Source of the DNA: Carcharhinus amblyrhynchos
Lineage: Eukaryota
Direction of reading: 5' to 3'
DNA: 64,000 nucleotides
Assembly (NCBI GenBank): GCA_965287045.1
Contig: OZ336884.1
Span: 54,746,001-54,810,000 of the forward strand
Every line of letters begins with the position of its first letter. Within the stretch, counting starts at the first letter, position 1. Shown here piece after piece: positions 49,701-63,432 of this stretch. The position numbers and the translations under genes are program-made. A model generated the notes under the pieces. It worked only from the letters and a program-made list of their open reading frames with translations. It was not told the origin of the DNA and ran no database searches.

Positions 49701-49850
49701 TATGTACGTTCTTGGATACCATCCTTTCGTTAGTGGGGTTTACTGGTATGGCTACGTCTTACTGTTTCTGGAGAGGTAATGGTTCTAGTCTCATACCTGA
49801 CTCTTCTCCTTTTCTAACCAGGCTTGGGACTGACTTCAGGGAATGAGGTC
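46785..49850 (-). mobile_element. Near full-length, decayed RTE-clade LINE (APE + RT)
   Basis: APE motifs QEIRTYQLDVFGFSEIQWT, KKDVFYHQLQNILDE and IGNTFFKHEDIHKKTW; RT motif DPGFTDDVVLL. About 3.1 kb with a single-ORF layout and many stops. Confidence 0.85.
49799..49850 (-). ncRNA. Decayed twister-ribozyme-like motif at the RTE 5' end
   Basis: The - strand reads GACCTCATTCCCTGAAGTCAGTCCCAAGCCTGGTTAGAAAAGGAGAAGAGTC; compare the remembered twister core GCCGGTCCCAAGCCCGG..GGAGGG. Confidence 0.65.
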
Positions 49851-51874
49851 CTAGTTCACATCTACCATAATTGGGGTCAGATGGTGCCATTGGGCCCCAA
49901 TAGTGATTTTAACTTTGACCTGCGCGAGGAACCCATCTTGACTTTTTCTGGTAGTGAAAGATAGTATTAAAAGGATTGGGAAACTAAAGAGCATTTCTGG
50001 GTAAGTTTTTTAACTTTGTATGTGGGGTTAAAAGGAGGGGAGCTCCTCCTGGCCCTATAAGGGAAGTGTACATATGCCTACAGCCCAAGAAGATAAAAGG
50101 AATGGACATAACATACAGCTGAGAAGGAGGCAACATGAATTACTCTGGATTTAGCTAGGGCCCCTAACTTCAGCTTTATGCTGAAGCACACTGTCTGTAG
50201 AGCATTCAGTAAAGTGTAATTTTTCTAGCAGTATGAGCTGTGGGTGAACATAAACACTACTGTTCTGCTTTATGTTGTGGATAGTTTATTTATGCTATCA
50301 CTTGCTGATGTTTCAAGAGTTTATGCAGATAAGTATGACCACACTCTTTGCGACAGACTCTTCCATGGGCTGGGAAGCCAAGATTTTATAAATCTCACGT
50401 ACATGTTGCTTTGTGACGCAGTTATCATTTTCAGATGACCTAATGGAACATAATTTCTAGGAAGCTTTCCTCTGTGAAATGTTTATTGTAATACACAGAA
50501 AGCTAATGGAAAATTGGCTTTGTGGAGCTTGTATGGAGCAGTGAGTTAATTTGCAACCTAGTTAAGTAGTAATGCGCTGTTGGGCATCTTTATTTACCAA
50601 TGACAGTAAATTAAATTGCTACACAATGGAATAAGAATGCTCATAACTGTAAAACTGGATGAAAATAGCCCCTTAATTACATCATTTAGGAACTCTACCC
50701 CATGTATTATTTTTATCCAAGAAGAAAAAACAATATTCTAAATGAGGAAACGTACAGCAAAATAATAATATTATAATAAACTTATACGATATTGAGAGTA
50801 TTGGCTATAAATTGGATAACATCTGACCCACATCATTTAGATTTTCACACTTATTGGGTGGAATTTTCTAATCCCACCCACTGCGGGTTTGGTGGCAGGC
50901 GGGAGCAGAGAATCCTCCAGCAGCTGAAAAGTCAGATACCCTGTGGTCAAAAAAGTTGAAATTCTCCTAATGATTGATTGGTTTTCCCACTGCCTGATGG
51001 GATGAATTCCATTTGCATTTCATGAATGCTCATTAAAACAGCTGCCCATCCCGAATCTCAAAATGATGAAAAGCTTTGATTGTTAACCCATGACTCTGTG
51101 CTAATGGGAAAGCAGAGTTGATGCAGCTGTGCCCCTTTTACTATTGCCTTCATCCTCCAAGGCTGCATTCCTACCTTCCACTCTGCTGACTTGGAACTTT
51201 GTGGTGAGGCTAGAGTTTGGCCTTTCCCTTTAACAGCAGGGAATGAAATGATTACTTGCTATTTCTTCCTGGATAATCAGTTCTCTGTCCTGTGTAATTG
51301 ATCTAGATCATGTTCATTGTAATGGCACCATCAAGTGAGTGTGCATCCCACGAAGGAGCACCATAGCCCAGAATAGTGGTCTTCCACACTGCCTCATACC
51401 CATTCCAGGTAGAACTGACCTTACTTTGGTTTTGCATGACGCCATTGTTTTGGGACTTCAAGAGGCTTCACCTCCACTACAGGATAGTTGAACCCTCCCT
51501 TGCTGTGCCTTTGATTTACCTGCAGCCTCACACCTCTTATTCTCTAGCATTTACCACTAATACTGGATTCAGTCCTTGCTCCTCCCTGCAACTGGGGTAC
51601 ATATGCTTTCAATGACTGTTCCTATTGCATGTCTGCTGCTCTTCCACATTGTCTCCTATTTCTGACTTCAGACTGAGACCCACACAAACCCTGGATTGCC
51701 TATCACCTATGACTCCTTTTAATTTCACAGCAGGAATGTTTGCTCTCATGACTCCTGTCTGCCAGCCTCTTATCTAAAATGAGAACCTTGACATAGTTCC
51801 TGTTTCCAAAGAGAATAAGGACAATAGTGATCCTCACAAACTGTTACAGCTCTGACTTCTGAGTGTTCATGCAA

Positions 51875-52790
51875 ATCATCCCTAATAAATGAGAGGCAAT
51901 GCCAGGCATGACTGTGACTGGTCAGAGATCTCATACATCACATGTGCCACATTCTTCATGAAGACCTGATACCACACGGGTTTGGAGGCTTCTGCCTGCA
52001 GTAGCCTTGAAGGTAATGACAGTTCTCAATTTCTTTGCCTTGTGTTTTGGCATCAACCAGGGATCTGAGTGACAGTTCACAATCAGCAACACATTGCTCC
52101 ATAAAAGAGGTGACTAATGTACTGTGTAGGAAGGCCCATCATTATGTCAAGTTTGCTCTTGACGAGGATAGACAGGCGCAAACATTTACCAGCTTTGCAG
52201 CCATCTCAGCTTCCCAAGACTGTAGGGTGCAATAAACTGCACCCATGTCGCTACACTGGCTTCCTGTCAACAACTCCTAGATTTTATAAATTGCAAGAGC
52301 TACCATTCCATCAATGTAAAACTGGTGATCATCTTAAACTGACCCTACACGTGTGTGTACATTACCCTAGGAGTTGCCATGACTTCTATATCCTCAGTTC
52401 TATATCCAATTGCCTGGGACTTGAGGGGTCAGTACATTCGTAGAATTGGCTGTTGGGAAATAAGAGGTACCCTGTGGATGATGACTCTGGTGCATTGTCC
52501 TCAGACATGAGCTGAAGAGAGGTACAATGCTGCTCACACTTCCTCATAGACCACAGGATTTCTGAAGATGCAATTCAGATAACTGGCTCTCTGCAGTATG
52601 CACTGCAGATGGTTTCCCCCATGATCACAATGTGCTGTGTCTTCCACAATCTGTTGATGAAAAGAGATGAATCCTTGCCAGACAGTGAACTAGAGGAAGA
52701 AGAGAGCTCCACAGAAGATAAAGATGAGGAGGTGCAGGAAACCAGGGGACAGTATGGATGCATTGATGAAGGAAGAAAGAGGTGGGAGAC
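51875..52790 (+). pseudogene. Harbinger DDE transposase relic (element 2)
   Basis: STRDLSDSSQSATHCSIKEVT, GAINCTHVA (IDCTH), FHQC, YPRSCHD (YPGSxHD), WLLGNKRYP (LGDKGYP), CCVFHNL, then an acidic tail. Confidence 0.88.
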
Positions 52791-53529
52791 ATGCCTGTCA
52801 TACTTTAATAGCCAACAGGTTGCAGGAGGAGTAAAATCAAATCAGGTCACCCCAAAATATCTCCCCTAGCCCTCCAAGCTATTCCCTATCATCTCAGTGA
52901 TAGCTGAACTATCACTGGGAGGATGGTTACTGCATTCACATGTGGGCATTCTGATGTCATGACTCACCAGGATTTGATCCTAGCTGTGGTCATTGATGAC
53001 CCACTAATGCATTATTCTGTGAACTTGACGTCCAGTGAGGAATGGCAGCAATGTGTGATGAGGCTTGAAGCTTTTGACATGACTTAATGATGGAAACACC
53101 GCCATGAATGAAATGTGGACCAGCCTAGGCCTCTCATTCTAATGTGCATATCTTGGCTTTGGACACTAACGTTGAGGAGACCCAGATGCTGCTAGAGTAC
53201 CTTTGCTGATTAGCTGTCCTCACCACTGCTGTCCCTTGAGGAATAGGGGTTCAAACATCACACACTATTAATAAAGATTTACGTATCTCCATGACAACAA
53301 AGGTCCAGAGACTAGTTGCACTAAGGTTGACATCACATGAACATTAATCTTAAAACAGGACACTGAGTGAGAGGACAGCTCAACCTCAAGATAAGAGGAT
53401 TCCAAGGAGCAAAACGAAGATACTTTCAGTTGGCTGGAACATTCACAAACCAATCCAATGAATTTCATTAAGTACAATTTATTTACACCTATGCATCAGA
53501 AGTTGACAGTAACATTTTTTAAACTTGCC

Positions 53530-54950
53530 TAATCTTACCAGTACAATTTGGTGCAACCCTGACATTTGCAGCAGGACTGGAGGCAGCCTGCTGCTAAGTC
53601 TTGATGCCTGTGATGACCATGGTGGATGTCCTCTGGTGGCCCTGGGTCCTGGAGGGCCTCAGCCTCATAAGGTTCTCCTGCTCATGGCAGAAAAACCTTT
53701 GGTGGCTTGAGCAGCTGGACTGGATGCAGGCATAGAATAGAGGGGAGTCTAAACTGCTGCATACCATTGTAGTGTCCTGAGAGAAGGCCAGAGCAGGGGT
53801 CTGGGGGACACTCATTCTCCCTGTCAACTAAAGGGCCCCCTTGCCTGATTTCTGCAGGCAATGGGGCACCTAGAGGGAGGTCAAGATCACTTACATCCTA
53901 TTGGTACCCCACCAGTGTGTGGCCATGAAGCACATAGCCAAGTGAAAATCCTGCTGCATCAAAGTCCGAATAGTGGAAGCCAATCTTCCCACTCACATTG
54001 GAGCCACCACCTCAGACAGATGTGGATAAGCTTCGCCATCATTCTCTCTCCTCTGCCAAGTGACTGTAGAATTTCTGCCTGATGTTCCACTGCCTCCCTT
54101 TGCATCTCCACCAGTGAGCGACAGCTGCTTCCAGAGCTTATCATTTGACAGGGATTGAGTAGGTGGCTGGCCTCTAGCAGTTCTCCAAGTGCCTGAGACC
54201 TGGGCTGCCCCACCTCTGCCTGCTGCAGGGCTGTGTTTGTAAAATGTTCTCCGGATAGAAATCCCTAGTGTAATCTAGATCTATGACCCACTTAGGTATA
54301 CGTCTCTGCACAGGTTGTTGGGAGAGGCTCATCTCCAGTGCCACAGGAGTAATCCCTGTCCACCCCAGCAAAATTATTAGCAGACTCCTCAGATTTACTG
54401 AGGGCGATGATATCTCCTGTTCCTGTCTGGGCTTGCTCTCTTTTGTCATGTGTCAACTTTCCCTGTACGAAGATGAAAGAAAGATATGTGATCAGAGAGG
54501 TGGAGCAGATATTGAGTGAAATGTATGTTCCCTGTGTGGGGTGAGCCCACTGCAAAAGGGCCAAAAGATGGAGTGTGTGCAAATGATGGATGGGATTGTA
54601 GATGTGTGAAAGTATCTGAGAGAGAATGAGTGTTGATGTGTCCCCCATTTAATAAATGCATGATATCCATGAAGAGAGTACATGATACCACGATGAGAGT
54701 TTGATAGTTGAGGATGTTGAGAGGGAACTTACCCTGAAGGAGCAGATGAGATCATTCACTGCACTGCATATTGTTTCTGGCACAGTTGCCAGACATGCTG
54801 ACTTCCTAGGAAATGACCTTCCAGTTGCTATGCTTCCTTGAGCCATCCCCGAGGTAGAGGATGGGCCTTTGCACCTGAAGTCCTTGAATCAAGGCCACAA
54901 GGGAATGGTAGTTGAATGGGGGTACAGATTTCTTCTTGAGGCTACTAGCC
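53530..54950 (-). pseudogene. Harbinger Myb/SANT-like gene relic (element 2)
   Basis: The - strand reads KKKSVPPFNYHSLVALIQGLQVQRPILYLGDG..AVNDL, then a donor-like gtaagt, and later a coiled-coil-like LVEMQREAVEHQAEIL. Confidence 0.6.
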
Positions 54951-57900
54951 TTTTGCTGCTGGGTTGATGACAGTCTAGTGAAGTTAAAGGAACTGGAAAG
55001 AGTGATGTGACTGTGCTGGACAGGTGTTTAAATATTGTGCCGAGACTTTCAGCTGCTGGTGGGCGGGCAAATCAGTTCCGGAGCTGTCAGGTGATTCAGC
55101 GAGATACTCACTCATGCATAATTAATGAGGTTCCAAGCAGAGAATTGGACACTACTTCATGACATTCTGGACAGCGGCAATTAAATACTTTCTACCTTCT
55201 ACCTATCAGCCAGTTTCTTATCCAATTCCAAGTTTAACATGAATCCTCACCAATTTAAGTTCTTAATTCAGAATTGTCGAATGTTTATTGGAAGTTTATG
55301 TGCACTGTTCTTAGAGGGTTTTCTCTAAAACTGTCAGGGGAGTGTTTAAGCAGGATATTCTCTTTCTGCAGCTATTCTGCTGCTGTTTACCACTCCTGCT
55401 ATCATTTTCATTGCATTCCTTGGTATCTTATCTGTTCTGCATAGCATGCTAAATTGTACTCCTCCTATCTTTATCACCTACCTTATTAATCGCTGTCAGT
55501 GTTTCACAAGCTGCCTTTCTTGCCTCCCTTGATATGCTGAGAACAATATTTTGAGAAGTTACTTGTTTATGAACCCTTTTATCCTGTTAAGTTCAATCAA
55601 AATTGTTAATTCTTCTTAGATTATAGTTTTTAAGGAGGCTATGTTGTGCAAGTCCCCTCTTGTGAATCATTCGATAGGTTACTGACTTGTGCTGAACCCC
55701 TGTTTTAGTTGGCGTATTTTGAGACGTTTCACCTCTTTTTTTGACTGTCTTCTTATGGTTGCAGTACAGAATTTCTCACTGTTTTACACTTCATCTAGGG
55801 TTATCCAGTTCTCTGCTTCCCTGGCTGCACTTCAAAGGTATTTTCATAAGTTCCTGTCAGTGGAATTCATCTTTCTCTGTCCAGGATTTGTGGAGATTGT
55901 TCTTCCTGTTTGCTTCATTATTGAATAATTAACAAATCAATTTAGGGCACACTTATTTATTCTATCTGCTCATGGGTATGGATTTATCCTAACAACTCAG
56001 TTTTATGCTTTTAATGTTGTACCTTTAAAGTGTTGTTGATGAGGCTACCATAATTTTTTAAGCTACTTCCTTTTTTTTAACAATTAGAATAACTAACTGT
56101 TCATGCTGTTATGGTCCTGAAACAAAGCTTGTGTTAAATTTGATCAGCCCGTGGCCAGTATATTCTCCAAGGCTGTTAAATGAGCTGGAGAAATAAATGA
56201 GGTAATGTGTTGTTTATACCTTCTCGAGTCGTGTTACCAAACAATTGTTACAATTACCAGAAGGGCAAAAAGAAATTTCAGAAGTTTTAAGCCCTGACTT
56301 TAATCCCCTCCTGTGCCTGACGAACAGATTGTGTGGCAGGATTAAAATATTCACAAGTGTGGCACTTGTCAGAGCCATACATGCCACTTTGATGGGAGAT
56401 TTTGACTGCAAGAGAGCAGTCTATGTAGACCTTTCTCCAGGGAGGTGAGGACTGAGGTTCAAAAATAAGGGTTTGATGATGCAGTTCAGTTCCTAACTGC
56501 ATTTTAATTGGCAGCAACCAGGTTGATGCCCGGAACTAAGTCTGCTAGTAAAATCTGGCCCCAAAGGTCAGCAGGCCCAGAAAAGGGGTTAGGTGTTTTG
56601 GGGGCCTGGAGGTGCAGGAGCAATCAGTTCAGACTTCACTTACCTTGCCAAGGACTCTTCATGCATGACCCCTGTGTCATTCTTGTATTTTACTCACTCG
56701 GCATCTGCTTGCTGGCGTCACATCACTGATACAGGGTTCAGACCAAAGTCAGGCCTGGTGTATATAAATGAGGTCCAGGAACTAGAATGGCCCAGGCCTG
56801 GTATCAGTGAACTTGACACCTGCAGTTTTGTCATGTATTTGGCATTCAGACCTATGCGTGCAAATGGCAAGTTGTCAACATTATGTCAAATAATGTGGAT
56901 AATCATGCAGCTCGCCTCTCTTAAGAGATACCAGTTAAAATGAAAATAAATTAGCCCTTTCCAGGAGCTTGCTTTAAACATTCCACTCAACAATAAAAAT
57001 CTGCTTTCCTCTCCACTCCCTTCCAGGAATTTCTAAATCCACCAGTTCTGCAGACAGCGCTGTCACATTTTTTTTTGCCCTACGATACAAGTGATGAAAT
57101 GTTAATTTGACCTGCAGCTTAAGTTACAACTGGCCCATGTTGCACTGCACTTTCACTATTGTTGCCATATATCATAGGTTTATATTCAGATTTGTTCTTG
57201 AAATGTCAGCTTTTTATGGCTGCACCAATTACTTCTGCAGCAGCTGGTTAGCTTTTGCTAATTGTCCCAAGGTTTCATCCAGTGTTTCCTTCTCTGGATA
57301 ACAGTAAATAACAACACTCTCCTGTTGAAAAGTTTAAAGCTATCACTTAACTAAGTAAAAAGTGTAACTATTCCATGTCAATAATACTCAAGTTATTGTG
57401 GACTTTGAACTACACAGTACTGAATAAATCGAAGGATACAATTTTCCCTTGATAGCAGTGTATGTGTGTTACGATAGGTAACTTGAATTGTTACTTAAAT
57501 GGACATTGCTATTTTTCTTTAAGTTCCAATTGGAGTCAATTTTCTTGTCTTCAAACAAGAAAATATTGTGGTCGGATATGGAATCTGTTCTTTTGTGTAG
57601 CATGTGATATAATTCACGTATAGTTGCAAGTGGAATCAGACTGTGTGTTAGGTTTTCAACATTTGTCCGAACAATTAGTGCAACAACAGAGGATTTTTTG
57701 TGAAATGTTCTGGAGTGAATGAGTATAGTGATGCACAATATTTTAATAACGGGGCTATTCAGTATTCATAGTGGCATTAAAACAAAAATTTGGCCAACAG
57801 GAGTAATTAACAGTTACATGCCAATGAGATTAATTGTAAAAATAGTGAAGATTACCTATTGCAGAGGTCCACACAGCAGAGAAAGATTTTGATCTAGGGT

Positions 57901-58525
57901 CAGATTGCACTGTGGTTATAGTTAAATGGACACATACTTTGATGTGGTTCCATAATAAACCATGACTGTGTCGCATGCAGGCCTACTGCTTTAAGATGAT
58001 TGAATTAGTCAGATTTTGTTTTTATGTGATTTTTCTCAGCAATGCAGAACCAATTTAAACTGGGTGATATACTCACTGACATCTCACACTTTTCACCCTG
58101 TCTTCTGTTTTAATTTAATCTTCTGAACAGGCAGCAAGGGCACTTACCTGAATTTGGCTGGGTCCTTCTTTAAACATGCAGATTGGACTCTGATGATTTC
58201 ATTGGGTCCTGACAGCAATGTTGCTCTGCTTGGATTAGGGAAGCCTTTGTGGCATTCTCCCCAGATGAAGATAGGATCTGGGATGAAAAGAGGCCCAAAC
58301 AGAAAAGTTTTACTTTTTTTGAAACTTTCCTTATGGGATTATATGTGGAAAAGGAGTGCTTCTCTGCATCTTACACAGAACATTGGGCTATGTCTGCCTT
58401 AGGGTGCCTTCATTTCACTTTCGAGATCTTCCCAAAACCCCTCCCTGCATCCTGACTCAGGTATTTCATTCTGTGCTGTTATGATTATAGTTAGGCTACT
58501 GGTTTATTTTCACTGTTTTGATTAT

Positions 58526-59187
58526 GGGTGTCATTTTAATGCAGGCAACAAGGTTCTCACCTGGCCACTGGAGGAAAAGCCCCACAGTGTCTCATTTGGG
58601 GATTTCTTAATATGAAGTGGGCAGTAGCAGATCCCTGGGATCAAGAACCTCTGAGACACAATTTCTGCACTCCCTCCCCCTGGCCCACCCCTTCAAGAGT
58701 TGCGGGTCAATCAGGGGCTGATAACTGTGCATTGCAGGCAGCGTCAACAGGAGAAATAGCTGCTGCCAGAAATGTACTCACTGAGGCCCAGGATTGTCGA
58801 GGGACCCAATCCAAAGATGAGTGAGGGTGGGATAGGTGTCACAGGGGACTAGGGAGGGAAAGGCTCCAACAGCAAGGGCAGAGCATGGCTCCCGGTGCCG
58901 CCTCCCAACGCTGGGTTCTCCAGTCAAGCACTGAGTACCTTTGAGCAGAACCCGCTCTTCAGGCTTCCCACATGGTGGGTCCCTTGCCCATTGTGACAGT
59001 GGTGGAGGGTAAATTGAGTAACTTAAAGGCCTAAATTGGTGACGAGGTGGTCCATGAGCCTTTCTGCCCCAGCCTACTTACTTGAACAGGACAGGATGAT
59101 AGAAGGGTCCCCACTCACCACCCTATGTCCAATTAAATGCCACCTGCCTCCACACTCATCTCGGGGGATGGGCATCAAATCCAGTCT
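58526..59187. mobile_element. MITE family member (related copies at ~21695-22360 and ~61078-61751)
   Basis: Shared ATCAAG(A/G)ACC, GCTGCTGC and CTTAA..TAATT/CCATG(A/G)GCCTT blocks; ends GGGTGTCATTTTAAT / ATCAAATCCAGTC. Confidence 0.5.
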
Positions 59188-59477
59188 TCATGGAACTTGG
59201 GATCTTTTAATTGTGTTTATCGGATCAAATTCTACAATTCATCTGCTTCCTGTGTAAAAACAATGACCTTAGAAACGATCTCTCATTTTCAACGCCATAT
59301 CAGAAATAGATGCATTGAATGGGGTGCAATGAACAGAATGACGAAGTTTTTTCAGTTATAAATATGTTCTCATTAAAAAAAGGGCAGAAGTCTGAGAAGG
59401 GGAGGAGGTATAGGGAAGGGCAGGGGAGGGGAGACCTGATCAAGAATTTTCAACTATGAAATCAATGACTTAAGATA

Positions 59478-59706
59478 CAAAGAACAGTACAACACAGAAA
59501 CAGGCTCTTTGGTCCACCAAGCCTGCACTGACACATGATGCTTGCCTTTCTAAACTAAAGACCTTTTGCCTCTACGCAGTCCATATTCCTCTATTCCCTG
59601 CCTATTCATGTATCTGTCAAAATGCCTCCTGAACTTTGCTATTATATCTGCTTCTACCACCGTCTCTGGCAGCACATTCCAGGCACTTACTACCTTTTGT
59701 GTAAAA
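59478..59706 (-). mobile_element. CR1 tail fragment ((TTCTTTG)n family)
   Basis: CAAAGAACAGTACAACACAGAAACAGGC, homologous to 31163. Confidence 0.8.
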
Positions 59707-62620
59707 TAAATGGAAGACTAAGCATCCATTCCTAGCATTCTAAGTATGAAGCCAAGGAATAGAATCTAATTTATGGAAATAGCAAGATATGTGTATTTTA
59801 AGGTGTAACTTAATATTTAGCTTTTAATGCTTGTCATTTATTTCCACCTAGCATGATAAAAAAAATTTGAAATGGAGAGAATCTTGATTCAACAAACAGT
59901 AAAAGCAGTTTAGGAATCAAAGCAGATAGACGATGGAGACAGTTCAGTTGGATTTTCTGATTGAGTATAGGCCTAGCTAAAGTGAACATACTTCACTATA
60001 ATTCTGGGACCAGCATCATTATGATACTTTGGAAGTAACCCATGCATCATAAATTCTTCCAATTGAGTCCTTATCAGGATGAAGCAGGGAGGGAGGACTG
60101 AAAGACCTACAATAGTTTTTGTTGCCAGATTTAGAGATGTCTAGCAGATCTTCAATTAGGCACTTCACTGTTTACGAGAGGCGAAGAGCATTGGGCTATT
60201 ATCATCAAAAGTGGATTACAGTAGTGATTACAGTAATTTTAAGGTAATTTATTTTGTTCTAAAAGTTTTTTTTCGTTTGGTGAACATTTTATCTTTGTAT
60301 ACAGGATCTGATTCTAAAGTGCTCTTTCAAAGCTTTTTGTGTGGTCTTTGTTGATGCATGTTATTTTATACAGTAATTTTTTGTTGGACTGCACCACTCC
60401 TTTGTTTGGCAAATATATCACAGCTAACAATGCATTTAATACAATAAAATACGCTGCTATATGGCCATTAATCATTCATGCTTCAGGACAATGAAAATGC
60501 ATTTGTTGTGTGAACAATACGTAGTGTGACAAATATGTTTCGGTCCATGCAACAATTGACTAGTTTATAATAATTAATGGTGAACATATGATTGCCTAGA
60601 ACTGCTGAAAGGCACACATCATTCAAACATGTTTAATTTGCACTCAGATATAATTTGAATTAATCAACATATTTTACCCTGCACTATTATTCCAATGTGG
60701 GCTGAAAAGTGTTGCTACTGAAACAGGTTTGCTGGCATTGTGACCATAATTCAAATTGATAATTGTTGCATTATTTTGAATATTTAGGTGACACTAATGC
60801 TCTTGGTATGATTCACAAAATAAAATCTGGTATATTTGCCATTAGATGGAAGCACCCTGACTTAACTGGAGAAGTTTCAGATGAAAAGTTACTTTTGATG
60901 TCACACATTTTAGTACTCTAGTTTTCCTGGTCCACAGTAGAGCCCTACATTCTCAAATCTGCATTATGAAGGCCATAAATGAAGAGAATACCTCTGAAGT
61001 GAATTGCAGTGGCTGGGCTGAATATAGAACAGACGCACTCAATTCAGATGAAATTATCAACATTATACAACACTCATGGTTGACATTTTAACCAGATTGA
61101 AGATTGGTAGTGGAACATTGATGTGGTGCCAGGGATCTCAGTTGCAGGCTATTAGCTGACAAAGAACCGTGAAGGCCCATCAAACCATATTCCAATCAGG
61201 CAGTGGAGAGGCCAGAGCAGGACCTTTTCTTGGAATCAAGAACCTGGTGGCAGAAGCAGCTTTTATGCTCAGCAGCACTATTGAGCATGGCATAGCTGTG
61301 CCAAAAGGACACATCCAGAGTCCCAGATTTTGGAGGATGGGGGTCATGGAAAGAGCAGGCAGAGGATGATAGTTCTTGGTGACTCCCTTCTTCCTGATCT
61401 CCAGTCCTATGATAATCAGGCACTAATTGGCTTCGATCAAGAAACCAGCCTCACCTCCCCCCAGCTGAAGTGACTAGCAGCCGTACAGGTTCACTTGTCA
61501 TTCATGACACATGGCAACACACCTGTTCCAGCTGGGTTAATCTTGGTCGTCATGGGATAAGACTATTAAGTGGTCATTAGTTGGTCACTTAAGAGTCTTA
61601 ATTAATGGTAGGGCGGAGAGGCTAACCATGGGCCTTCCTACCTGGAACTTAATCCTGGTGGAGGCAGAAAGATGGCAGAGTGCAGGGGGGTATAAGTAAA
61701 TACCCTGCCTTTCTCCAAGCTCATCATCCATAAGAGCAGAAGTTTCTGCCCACTGAAACTGGAGAAGAAATGATCAAGAGAAGATTTAAATCAAATAGAA
61801 ATATAAAATACTGGAGGTATTTAGCAGATCAGGCAGTTTCTGTGGACAGGGCAACGAGAATTGACCTTTCAAATGTCTTACTCTATAGCTATGAAGGGCT
61901 TTGCTGAAGAAGAGAAAGACTTGTGGGCAGGTCAGTGAAGTGGTTTAAATAAATTTAAATTCTCACTGAGAAAGAAGAGTGTAGTTAAGAGAAATTTCTT
62001 TCCGTAAATATTAGCACATAGAATGCTTTGCCACAAGAAGCAGTTGATACAGGAATAATTGTTCTGTTTAAGGGAAAAATAGAAAAATATTTGTTGTATG
62101 GTAAGAAAGCAAATCGTTGGGATTAGTCTGGGATCGTTTTGGTAATGCTCAGAGACATTGGCCTTCTTCTGTGCTAGAAACATCTACAATGTCATGCTGT
62201 TGTGTGGAGTTCAGTAGTTACAGCTGAATGCAAACTCCCAGTAACTCACTGTGGTAGCTGGGTTGGTACTAATATTTGGCATATGATTTTGTTTCAGACA
62301 GTCATGGAGAATGTTGTGCCTGAGCTGGACATTTGCAGTACGTTTCCCAAATTACATCCTCATCACTACTAGGCTGACAAAGCCTCAAATCAGTACTTGT
62401 ACAATGAGTAAGATGGAGTGCACAAAGAACTTGTCTAAATACAAATTTCTCTAAAAGTCAATGAAGTATATTGATAGGTTCTGAAGACACGTGTTTAATG
62501 GCAGTTATTGTCAAAGTCTCCACACCCAGCAACAAATAACTGAAACCTTTGATAGGATTTCAAAATACAAACAGCATTGTGTTCCAAAGGTCTGAAATGG
62601 TAAAATCTATTACTCATTCT

Positions 62621-62932
62621 TAGAATCATGGAAAACTCCAATAAGGAGGCCATTTGGCCCATTGAGTCTGCACCGACAACAATCCTTATCCCCGTAACCC
62701 ATATATTTATCCTGCTAACCTATTCATCCCAGGTCTCTTAGGGGCAATTTAGCATGGCCAATGCACCTAACCCACACATTTTTGGACTGTGGGAGGAAAC
62801 CAGAGCACCAAAGGAAACCCACACAGACACAGAGAATATGCAAACTCCAAACAGGCAATGAACCAACGTGGGAATCGAACCCAGGCCCCTGGATCTGTGA
62901 GGCAGCAGTCCTGCCACTGTGCCACCATTTCG
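62621..62932 (-). mobile_element. HE1-type V-SINE
   Basis: Antisense V-domain; head with GGTTCGATTCCC B box. Confidence 0.88.
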
Positions 62933-63432
62933 GCTATAATCAAAATGTCAAAAATAAGAGCAGGAGGTTTTTTAAAGTTTACATGATAGCTGTTTTTCAA
63001 CACTGTGAATCCAGACAAAACACACACTAATATCAATTGTAGCCAATTATCTGTAACGTTCCAGATCGTAACTTCCTAGTCCAAAGCCTCTTTGATTTTA
63101 GGGGCACCCCAGAGATGCACTGGGGAATCCATCTGGGAAGTTTCCAGGTAAAGGTTTATGCACCAATTGTTTAGAAGTGCTAACTTCCTTGGACAATTGC
63201 GCTGTTTTGGAATCACCCATCAAAGCAATTTCAGGCGATTCTACCAGTTTTATCCTCATAGTTACTCTGTAAGATTTTGAAGAAATAAAAGCAGTTCTAA
63301 CTTCAGTGTGACTGTTTTCAGCACTGAGACTGAATCTTGCAAGGAACACTTCAGAACCCCGCCCACCTAAATAGGATACCCCCCCCCCCCCCCCACCCCG
63401 AACCCCACCTGTGCCTATTCCCACTCCCAACC

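Larger units (their letters stand above)
50856..55150. mobile_element. Decayed autonomous-type PIF/Harbinger transposon (element 2)
   Basis: Left end GGGTGGAATTTTC; convergent transposase (+) and Myb-like (-) relics; right end uncertain. Confidence 0.7.

Noticed and set aside
52892-52920. Hairpin TCTCAGTGATAG-CTGAA-CTATCACTGGGA as a terminator or miRNA
   Set aside because: The stem is too short for a pre-miRNA, lies within a decayed transposon, and intrinsic terminators do not apply here.
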